Source: an uncultured delta proteobacterium
Lineage (GTDB): Bacteria > Myxococcota_A > Polyangia > Fen-1088
Length of the DNA stretch: 64,000 nucleotides
Direction: 5' to 3'
Assembly (NCBI GenBank): GCA_963755125.1
Contig: CAVWIP010000008.1
Location: forward strand, 192,001 to 256,000
Shown here piece by piece: positions 56,753-64,000 of the stretch (position 1 is its first letter; every line of letters begins with the position of its first letter). The notes below the pieces were generated by a model, which saw only the letters and a list, made by a program, of their open reading frames with translations, did no database searches and was not told where the DNA came from. A program made the translations under genes and the position numbers.

Positions 56753-58318
56753 ATGAAGACAAGGCAAGTCCAGTTCACTTTGTTGTCCTTTTCGTTGTTT
56801 GCAGCATCGGGGGTCCTTGCGCAAGAGACCGCCGGAGCCGGCAGCCAGGCCCCTGCGGCCAGCGAGGCGCCTGCCGCGCCAGGTTCGCCGGAAGCTCCGC
56901 CGCCTTTGGCCGGCGCCGGTCCGGTCCAGCCTGTCACCGCACCCACTGCGGTGGCGAGCGCGCCCGTCATGCCCCCACCCGCGCCGGCCACCTCCAGCGG
57001 TCGGGTGAGCACCAAGTTCGATGCGACCTTCTACGGTTTTATCGAGCTTGATTCGATCTTCGATTCGACCCAGAGCTTTACCGACGTTGCCGGCGGGGCA
57101 TCCATCCAGCGGCCGGGCACCTACGCCAACGACCACGGCCGAACCACCTTCGGAGTCCGCAACTCTCGGCTGGGCTTCAAACTGACAGGGCCGGAAACCG
57201 AAAACCTCAAGACCTCGGGCATTTTCGAGATGGATTTCCTTGGCAACCAGCCGCAAAGCACGCCGCTGGTCGTGGCACCGCAGAGCGGCGGTGGATCGAC
57301 GGGAATCAAAGCCGCGTCAACTGGCGCTCCCACGGTTTCGGAAGCCTCCTATTTTACCAGCCCGACGTTTCGCATCCGTCATGCCGCACTGAAGCTCGCC
57401 ACTCCCATCGTCGACATTCTGGCCGGTCAATACTGGTCGCTTTTCGGCTGGCAATCGATGTTTCACCCCAACACCGTCGAGATTCAGGGCGTGCCGGGCC
57501 AAATCTATTCCCGCACACCACAGATACGCCTTTCCCACGTCTTCGATGCTGGCCCCGTGGGGGTCGAGGTAGCGGTCGCTGCCGGCCGGCCGGCACAGCG
57601 CGATTCCGAAGTTCCGGACGGCATAGGCGGCCTGCGTTTCATGGTCAACGACTGGAAGGCGCTGCACACGGGAGGTGCCACCGGCACCGCCGTCGATCCA
57701 CTTTCCATCGGAGTTTCCGGAATTGCTCGCCGATTTAAAGTGCCGGACTTTTCCGACACACCCACCATCAGCCGCAAGCTGAATGGCTGGGGCGTTTCCG
57801 TGGATGGCTTGCTCCCGGTTATCCCCGCCACGTCCAGCAAGGATGGCAACGCCTTGACCCTGACCGGCTCCTTCGTCTACGGCCGCGCCATTGCCGACAT
57901 GTACACTGGATTCACCGGTGGCGCGTTTACGCCCACTCTGCCTTCGGGAAACCCGTTTACCGCCCAGGATGTGGACAATGGCCTGGTGGTCTACGACCCC
58001 ACTGGTGTGATGCACGCCATTTACTGGCGATCGGTCATAGTCGGGGCGCAATACTACCTGCCGACATCGTTGCGAATGTGGGTCTCGGGAAACTATTCCC
58101 ACATTAATTCCAACAACATCAATACGCTGTCCGCGAATTCTTCCTCGGCGCCCAGCAAGATATTCGACAAGGAGGACTGGGCAGACGGCAACCTGTTTGT
58201 CGCCGCCAACGAGGCGGTTCGCTTCGGTCTCGAATACGCCTGGTTCCGCCAGACCTATCTTGACGGCGTCAAGGCCACCGACCAGCGCGTTCAGTTCTCG
58301 GCCTTCTATGTCTTCTAG
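56753..58318 (+). CDS. Outer-membrane porin (DcaP-like), probably phosphate-regulated
   Basis: RBS AAGGAG, signal peptide, FYGFIELD, RNSRLGF, FEMDF, RIRHA, GQYWSLF, RTPQIR, terminal YVF. Confidence 0.72.
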   Translation: MKTRQVQFTLLSFSLFAASGVLAQETAGAGSQAPAASEAPAAPGSPEAPPPLAGAGPVQPVTAPTAVASAPVMPPPAPATSSGRVSTKFDATFYGFIELDSIFDSTQSFTDVAGGASIQRPGTYANDHGRTTFGVRNSRLGFKLTGPETENLKTSGIFEMDFLGNQPQSTPLVVAPQSGGGSTGIKAASTGAPTVSEASYFTSPTFRIRHAALKLATPIVDILAGQYWSLFGWQSMFHPNTVEIQGVPGQIYSRTPQIRLSHVFDAGPVGVEVAVAAGRPAQRDSEVPDGIGGLRFMVNDWKALHTGGATGTAVDPLSIGVSGIARRFKVPDFSDTPTISRKLNGWGVSVDGLLPVIPATSSKDGNALTLTGSFVYGRAIADMYTGFTGGAFTPTLPSGNPFTAQDVDNGLVVYDPTGVMHAIYWRSVIVGAQYYLPTSLRMWVSGNYSHINSNNINTLSANSSSAPSKIFDKEDWADGNLFVAANEAVRFGLEYAWFRQTYLDGVKATDQRVQFSAFYVF

Positions 58319-58358
58319 CCGCTGGCTGGCCTAGCCGCCAATCAGGACGCTCCGAAGT

Positions 58359-58400
58359 TTCGCGCCGCAACTGCGAAAGTTCTTCCAGTTGCGGCGCGAA
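58359..58400. terminator. Hairpin between convergent porin and phoU genes
   Basis: Perfect 15-bp stem TTCGCGCCGCAACTG / CAGTTGCGGCGCGAA. Confidence 0.7.
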
Positions 58401-58410
58401 CCCGCGCTTC

Positions 58411-59106
58411 TCAGTTCTTGTCGCCCTCGGCGCGGCTGCCGGGATGGCGGATGTCGCTGCCCTTGACCATGAACACGACCAGCTCGGCCAGGTTGGTGGC
58501 GTGGTCGGCGATGCGCTCCAGGTACTTGGCGATCGATTGCAGGCGGGTGGCCCGGTACACGTTCTTCGACTCTTCCATCATGTAGGTCAGCAGTTCGCGG
58601 AATATCTGGGCGTAGAAGTCGTCGATGATCTGGTCCCGGGCGATGACCCGGCGGGCACGATCGGCGTCCTTGCCCACGAACGCGTCCAGGGCTTCACGCA
58701 ACATCATCTGGGTTTCGTCTGCCATGCGGGGCAAATCGACGTAGGGCTTGAGCGGGGGCTCGCTGTTCAGCTCGATCACGCGCTCGGAGATGTTCACGCC
58801 CAGATCACCCACGCGTTCCAGATCGGTGACCGCCTTGAGCACCATGGTGACGAAGCGTAGGTCGGAGGCGACCGGCTGGCGGCGCGCCAAGATTTGCAGG
58901 CACAGACCGTCGATTTCGACCTCCAGCCGATCGACGACGCGGTCGGCTTCGATGGTCCGCTGCGCGAGTTCGGAATCGCGTTCCACCAGGGCGCGCAGGC
59001 TGGAGCCAATGATCCCCTCCACGTGGCTTCCCATGAGCAGGAGCTGCTCGCGCAGATGCCGCAGTTCCTGTTCGAATTCCTGGTCGGTGTGCTCGCGTGC
59101 GCGCAT
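58411..59106 (-). CDS. phoU: Phosphate signalling complex protein PhoU
   Basis: QPVASDLR, DLERVGD, YLERIADHATNLAE. Confidence 0.96.
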   Translation of the reverse strand: MRAREHTDQEFEQELRHLREQLLLMGSHVEGIIGSSLRALVERDSELAQRTIEADRVVDRLEVEIDGLCLQILARRQPVASDLRFVTMVLKAVTDLERVGDLGVNISERVIELNSEPPLKPYVDLPRMADETQMMLREALDAFVGKDADRARRVIARDQIIDDFYAQIFRELLTYMMEESKNVYRATRLQSIAKYLERIADHATNLAELVVFMVKGSDIRHPGSRAEGDKN

Positions 59107-59115
59107 GGCCCTCTC

Positions 59116-59904
59116 CTAACCGAAGCGACCGGTGACGTAGTCCTCGGTGCGAGGCTGGCTGGGGTGGGTGAAGATGGTGTCCGTGCTGGCGAATTCCACC
59201 AAATCGCCCATGTAGAAGAAAGCCGTGTAGTCGGACACGCGGGCGGCCTGCTGCATGTTGTGGGTCACGATGACCACGGTGTAGTCGCGCGCCAGTTCGT
59301 GGATCAGCTCCTCGATGTGAGCCGTGGCAATGGGGTCGAGCGCCGAGGCCGGCTCGTCCATCAGCAGGACCTCCGGCTCCACCGCCAAAGCGCGAGCGAT
59401 GCACAGGCGCTGCTGCTGGCCGCCCGACAGTCCCAGTGCGCTTTCCCCCAGACGATCCTTGACCTCGTCCCACAGCGCCGCTTGCCCCAGCGCGCGTTCC
59501 ACCCGGCCGGCGATCTCGGCGCGGTCCCGCAGGCCGCCTATGCGCAGGCCATAGGCCACATTGTCGAAGATGGTCTTGGGAAAGGGATTCGATTTCTGGA
59601 AGACCATGCCCACTCGCCGCCGCACCTCCACCGGGTCTACGCCCGGGCCGTAGATGGCCTGTCCGTCCAGCCGCACGTCGCCCTCCACGCGGCAACCCAG
59701 GACCAGATCATTCATCCGGTTGAGCGAGCGCAAGAACGTGGACTTGCCACAGCCCGAGGGGCCAATCAGCGCGGTGACGTGCTTCTCGGCGATCTCCATG
59801 GTGGCCGGTCCCAGGGCGCGCTTGTCGCCATAGTGTACGACCAGGTCGCGAACCGACAGACTGATTCGCGCGGCGCCCGCGCCGGCGTTGGCATCACCAT
59901 TCAT
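59116..59904 (-). CDS. pstB: Phosphate ABC transporter ATPase
   Basis: [52 protein letters not shown]. Confidence 0.97.
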   Translation of the reverse strand: MNGDANAGAGAARISLSVRDLVVHYGDKRALGPATMEIAEKHVTALIGPSGCGKSTFLRSLNRMNDLVLGCRVEGDVRLDGQAIYGPGVDPVEVRRRVGMVFQKSNPFPKTIFDNVAYGLRIGGLRDRAEIAGRVERALGQAALWDEVKDRLGESALGLSGGQQQRLCIARALAVEPEVLLMDEPASALDPIATAHIEELIHELARDYTVVIVTHNMQQAARVSDYTAFFYMGDLVEFASTDTIFTHPSQPRTEDYVTGRFG

Positions 59905-60815
59905 GAGGCAGCTCCTGCAAAACGACGGCGCATGTGCGAACGCACCACCACGGCCGTGGCGTTGAGCGCGAAGGTCAGCAGCAGCAAGACCAGCACCGTG
60001 GCGTAGAGGATGGGCCGCGTGGCATCCACATCCGGCGATTGCGTGGACAGGACGTAGACGTGATAGCCAAGCTGCATGAACTGGTCGTGCAAGCTTCCGG
60101 GCAGTTTTGGCAGGAAATAGGCCACCCCGGTGAAGAGAATGGGCGCGACCTCGCCGGCACCACGGCTGATGGCCAGAATGGCTCCAGTCAGGATGCCCGG
60201 CAAAGCCTGTGGCAGCACCACGCGCACGATGGTCTGCAGACGACTGGCGCCCAAGGCCGCGGAGGCCAGGCGCAGCTCACGCGGGACAGCGGCCAGGGCT
60301 TCCTCGGTCGCCACGATGACCACCGGCAGGGTCAGCACCGCCATGGTCAAGGCAGCCCAGACCAGCGCCGGCTGCCCGAACACACGCTGGCCGCCGTAAA
60401 AGGCGCGGTCGATCCCGGCGCCGACGAATTGAACGAAGAATCCCAAGCCGAACAGTCCGAACACAATCGACGGCACGCCGGCCAGGTTGTTGACTGCGAC
60501 GCGCACCAGGCGAGTCACGCGCGATCCGGGGTTGGCGTACTCCGATAGATAGATGGCGGTGGCCACGCCGGCTGGCAAGACAGCGAGAGTCATGAGCACG
60601 ACCAGAGCCACAGTGCCGAAGATGGCGGGGAAGATCCCGCCAGCCGTCATTCCTTCGCGTGGCGCCTGTGTCAGAAAAGTGAGCGTCATGTGCGGGGCGC
60701 CGTGGTAGGCAACATCGCCCAGGATTACGGCCACGATCAGCAGCACCAGCACCGCGGCCAGGCCAGTGCCCAGCGACAGGGCGACATCACCCACCCTCCG
60801 ACTGCGCCGTTTCAC
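59901..60815 (-). CDS. pstA: Phosphate ABC transporter permease
   Basis: [35 protein letters not shown]. Confidence 0.95.
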   Translation of the reverse strand: MKRRSRRVGDVALSLGTGLAAVLVLLIVAVILGDVAYHGAPHMTLTFLTQAPREGMTAGGIFPAIFGTVALVVLMTLAVLPAGVATAIYLSEYANPGSRVTRLVRVAVNNLAGVPSIVFGLFGLGFFVQFVGAGIDRAFYGGQRVFGQPALVWAALTMAVLTLPVVIVATEEALAAVPRELRLASAALGASRLQTIVRVVLPQALPGILTGAILAISRGAGEVAPILFTGVAYFLPKLPGSLHDQFMQLGYHVYVLSTQSPDVDATRPILYATVLVLLLLTFALNATAVVVRSHMRRRFAGAAS

Positions 60816-61909
60816 GCCACGCCTCCCAGACGCCGGCGCATGCGGCCGATGGCAAATTCACCAAGCAGGTTGGTGGCCAGGGTGAAAGCGAAAAGCAGCA
60901 CACCGAGGAAGAAGAGCACCGTGTAGTGCGCGCCGCCGAACACCACCTCGGCCAGCTCGGCCGCGATGGTGGCAGACACCGTGCGCACCGAGTCCGCCGG
61001 GCTGGCCGATAAAATAGCTGCGTTGCCCGAAGCCATGAGCACGATCATGGTCTCCCCGACCGCGCGCCCGAGGCCCAGCGCGATGCCGGCCGCGACGCCA
61101 GGACCGGCTGCCGGAACGACTACACGAACGATGGTTTGCCAGCGAGCCGCGCCAAGCGCGGTGGAAGCCTCGACGTAGCTGCGCGGGACAGCGCCGAAAG
61201 CCTCCTCGCTCACGGTGAAGATTACTGGGATGATGGCGAAGGACAGGGCCACACCGGCCACCAGCGCATTGAGACGGGAATCGAGACCAAGTGCCTGCTG
61301 GAGCCAGGTGGCCATCACCATGAGGGCAAAGAAACCCAGCACCACCGAGGGAACGCCAGCCAGTAGCTCGACCGTCGGTTTGACGATCTCGCGCAGCCGA
61401 CGGCCTGCATATTGCGACACGAAGAGAGCGGCGCCCACACCCAATGGCACCGCCACCAGCATGGCGACCAGTGTCACTTTCAGGGTCCCGACCACCAAAG
61501 GCCACGCCGCGTACTTGGGGATCTCGGAAACCGGCTGCCACACATGCTCGGCGGCGTCGTACCCGGGCCACTGTTGCGCGAACCACATCTTGGCCAGCGT
61601 GACCTCTTTCCAAATCGCCGAGTCGTGCAGCAGCGGCCATGCCTCCTTGCCGATGAAGACAAAGATGAGGATGATCGCGGCGATGGAGCTGAAGGCGAGA
61701 ACGCGGATCGCCGCCTCGGCGAGCGCGTGAAACCTGGGACGGCGGCTGGCAAGCCGAGGCCGATCGGCTCGTCGATGGTTGCTAGGGCCACTGGCCTCGA
61801 CCGGCTGCGATCCGGCAGATGGCGAGCTCGCCTGCGTCGGGGCTGCCAGCCCGACCGCCATGACACGGCCTGGGTGATGCGTCAACGGCTGCTCGCTGAT
61901 GGTGCCCAT
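60812..61909 (-). CDS. pstC: Phosphate ABC transporter permease
   Basis: ELLAGVPSVVLG, RAVGETMIV..GN; start uncertain. Confidence 0.93.
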   Translation of the reverse strand: MGTISEQPLTHHPGRVMAVGLAAPTQASSPSAGSQPVEASGPSNHRRADRPRLASRRPRFHALAEAAIRVLAFSSIAAIILIFVFIGKEAWPLLHDSAIWKEVTLAKMWFAQQWPGYDAAEHVWQPVSEIPKYAAWPLVVGTLKVTLVAMLVAVPLGVGAALFVSQYAGRRLREIVKPTVELLAGVPSVVLGFFALMVMATWLQQALGLDSRLNALVAGVALSFAIIPVIFTVSEEAFGAVPRSYVEASTALGAARWQTIVRVVVPAAGPGVAAGIALGLGRAVGETMIVLMASGNAAILSASPADSVRTVSATIAAELAEVVFGGAHYTVLFFLGVLLFAFTLATNLLGEFAIGRMRRRLGGVA

Positions 61910-61935
61910 CTCTCACCAAAGTCAACCAACCTCCG

Positions 61936-61975
61936 GCGACGCTGGGGTGACTGGACTGTGACAGTCGTGTGACAA
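61936..61975 (-). promoter_or_regulatory. Pho-box-like array between pstS and pstC
   Basis: GTGAC (GTCAC on -) at 61947, 61958 and 61969, plus GCGAC at 61936: exact 11-bp period. Confidence 0.75.
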
Positions 61976-61979
61976 GAGG

Positions 61980-62861
61980 CTACTTGATCGGGTAGTAGCC
62001 CACCTTGGTCACGATGGCCTGGCCTTGGGCCGAAAGCACCCAGTCCACGAACGCACCCACGTCCCCGGTCGGCTTGTCGCGCAGATAGAAGAACAGCGGC
62101 CGGCTCAACGGGTAGCTCCCGTCCTTCACATGCGCTTCGTCCGAGGCAACCGCCGGGCTGCCAGCGTCCTGCTTGACCTTGAGCACCTTGATGCCCTTGG
62201 CGTACGCCGCGCCACCGTATCCGATGCCGAACTTCTCCTTGGCCACCGCGTTCACCACCGCCGCGGTGCCAGGCATGCTCTGCGCGCGCACCGTGTAGTC
62301 GGCATTCTTGAGCACGTGCTCCTTGAAGAACACATAGGTGCCCGAGCTGTTTTCGCGAGAGTACACCACGATCTTGGCGTCCGGCCCACCCAGCTCCTTC
62401 CAGTTGGTGACCTTGCCGGTGAAGACCAGCTTGAGCTGATCCATGGTGATCTCGTTCAGCGGGTTGCTGGCGTTCACGTACACCGACAGGCCGTCGCGCG
62501 CCACCGGGATCTCGACGCCGACCGTGGCGTAGCGGTCCCGCAGCTTCTCCTTCTCCGCGGCGCTCATGGTTCGCGAAGCCTGGCAAATCTCCGTGGTGCC
62601 GTTGATGAGTGCGCTGATCCCTGTGCCCGAGCCGCCGCCCGTCACCTGGATGGTCGCGCTCGGGTGGACGCGCATGTACTCCTCGGCCCAGCGCTGGCCC
62701 AGGATCACCATGGTATCCGAGCCCTTGACCGTAATCTCCCCGGCCGCGGCGGCAAACGGCGCCAGCAGCGCGCCAACCATCGCCAGCCACCAGGTGACCG
62801 TCTTCAAAGTGGTTCTGTTGCCCGTCGGCTTCATCGCCCGTTCGATTTGTGGTTTCTGCAT
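61980..62861 (-). CDS. pstS: Phosphate ABC transporter substrate-binding protein
   Basis: KGSDT, GGGSGTGI, ASR, SRENSSGT, YPLSRPLFFY; RBS AAGGAG before ATG 62861. Confidence 0.95.
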   Translation of the reverse strand: MQKPQIERAMKPTGNRTTLKTVTWWLAMVGALLAPFAAAAGEITVKGSDTMVILGQRWAEEYMRVHPSATIQVTGGGSGTGISALINGTTEICQASRTMSAAEKEKLRDRYATVGVEIPVARDGLSVYVNASNPLNEITMDQLKLVFTGKVTNWKELGGPDAKIVVYSRENSSGTYVFFKEHVLKNADYTVRAQSMPGTAAVVNAVAKEKFGIGYGGAAYAKGIKVLKVKQDAGSPAVASDEAHVKDGSYPLSRPLFFYLRDKPTGDVGAFVDWVLSAQGQAIVTKVGYYPIK

Positions 62862-62893
62862 CGCAATCTCCTTGCCCGCACGATGCGCAACTC

Positions 62894-62934
62894 GTGTGAC
62901 GACCTGGTGACAACGGAGAAACTTGTCGGTGAAC
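62894..62934 (-). promoter_or_regulatory. Pho-box-like repeats upstream of pstS
   Basis: TTGTCAC-CAGG-TCGTCAC on - (GTGAC at 62896 and 62907) plus in-phase GTTCAC at 62929. Confidence 0.75.
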
Positions 62935-63062
62935 CAGAGCCTGCGGACGGCGGCAACCGGTGTGACAGACGGAACGCCAGCCCCGACTACGCCCCAGGAC
63001 CACGCACTTGTGCGCGCTTCACTCTTGCCGCACACGCTCCAATGGTGAGACTTGGCTCGGCC

Positions 63063-63449
63063 TCATTTGAAACAGCGATGAGTGATCTCCTCGGATGACC
63101 GGGCCGTTTCCAGGCACGCGCGCAGGTCGTTGCGCACCTCCAGCCCGCAGCAACGTTTCAGATCGGGCGCGAAATGGTGTTCGAGTTCCCGCTGCCAGCC
63201 CGTGCGTAGGACAGTGTCACGATAGCCCTGCTCGCGAAGTTCGAGTTCGACGATGCGATCCAGTACCTGCTGGCAGTCCACTTCGCTCGCGGGCGAACTG
63301 CCCACGCGACCATCGGTTGCCACCTTCCATGCCAGGTTTCCTTCCTTCTGCCAGGCATCCGGATTGTTTCGACCAGATGGCGCGCCCGCGACCCGACGGT
63401 TTCGTCGTGCCTGATATCGCCCAGATAGCGACTGAGCGGCGTCGGCCAT
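63063..63449 (-). CDS. Possible hypothetical protein
   Basis: Open frame filling the gap before pstS; no recognisable motif. Confidence 0.3.
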   Translation of the reverse strand: MADAAQSLSGRYQARRNRRVAGAPSGRNNPDAWQKEGNLAWKVATDGRVGSSPASEVDCQQVLDRIVELELREQGYRDTVLRTGWQRELEHHFAPDLKRCCGLEVRNDLRACLETARSSEEITHRCFK

Positions 63450-63593
63450 TGCCGCCCACACTGTTACGGCAAATTGGCTGTGGTGAAATACGTTGTTAAC
63501 TGACTGTGAGTATAGTTGTTCCATAGCGATGTCTCATAATCCGCATCCAACTTGTGAAGCTGGTAATTCGTAATAGCGAAGGAGGAACGAACG

Positions 63594-64000
63594 ATGGAGT
63601 CCAAATCGGCAACAACCAACGGCAGCGCCGGGAAAGGATCAGTCAGACCCACACTGGGCCTGACCGGCCTTACCGTAAATGCCATGGCGCTGATCGCGCC
63701 GGGCGCATTCTTGTGGCTCACCTATCAGATGCAGTCCTTGTATGGCGCCCCGCTGGCCGGCTCCGCCATGTGGTTCGGCATCGTGGCCGCCCTGCTCCTG
63801 TGCTTCGCCACGGCCCTCAGTTACGCCGAGCTGTCCAAGCTCTATCCCGGGGCTGGCTCCTCGTACTTCTTCGCCGAGCAGGCCTTTCTCAATCACACCA
63901 AGGCGTATCGTTTCGCCCGCATCGCCAAGTTCATAACCGGATGGGCGAGCCACCTTTACTACTGGGTGTATCCGGGTTGCATGGTCGGTGTGACGGCCAT
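63594..64000 (+). CDS. APC family permease, N-terminal part
   Basis: RBS AAGGAGG; MESK..LGLTGLTVNAMALIAPGAFLW..SYAELSKLYPGAGSSYFFAE; runs off the window end. Confidence 0.88.
   Translation, partial: MESKSATTNGSAGKGSVRPTLGLTGLTVNAMALIAPGAFLWLTYQMQSLYGAPLAGSAMWFGIVAALLLCFATALSYAELSKLYPGAGSSYFFAEQAFLNHTKAYRFARIAKFITGWASHLYYWVYPGCMVGVTA

Noticed and set aside
1..64000. Numerous long antisense or alternate-frame ORFs; tRNA, rRNA and CRISPR
   Set aside because: Shadow ORFs lack motifs and overlap well-supported genes; no cloverleaf, rRNA-like sequence or repeat-spacer array was recognised

Overview
GC-rich bacterial chromosomal window. Gene content and protein style point to Myxococcota/Polyangia; this is inferred, not proven. 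The housekeeping backbone holds aspS, glpD, pgk-tpiA-secG-dapF, yebC-ruvC/ruvA-ruvB, maf-yggS and pstSCAB-phoU. Several accessory features are interleaved. (1) A full-length PGK in which many normally invariant catalytic residues are replaced. (2) A four-gene insert splitting ruvC from ruvA, with an SbtM-like radical SAM/SPASM enzyme tail-to-tail with a TIGR04222 membrane protein that ends in a Cys/Ser/Gly RiPP-like tail. (3) A c-di-AMP (ydaO) riboswitch ahead of a KimA-like K+ transporter. (4) A cellulose-related locus: ECF sigma, anti-sigma, caspase-like protein, CBM3 lipoprotein, a beta-barrel protein and a frameshifted CBM4-GH9. (5) A ~5.1 kb integrase-less array of integron-like cassettes with degraded attC sites, including a Schlafen/AlbA_2 gene, enclosed by a 68-bp inverted repeat. 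(6) A 1948-aa GH94 phosphorylase-GH116 glycosidase fusion. (7) 11-bp-period Pho-box-like repeats before pstS, before pstC and before a convergent porin. No rRNA, tRNA, CRISPR array, transposase or integrase was seen. All family assignments come from motif recognition, not database searches.
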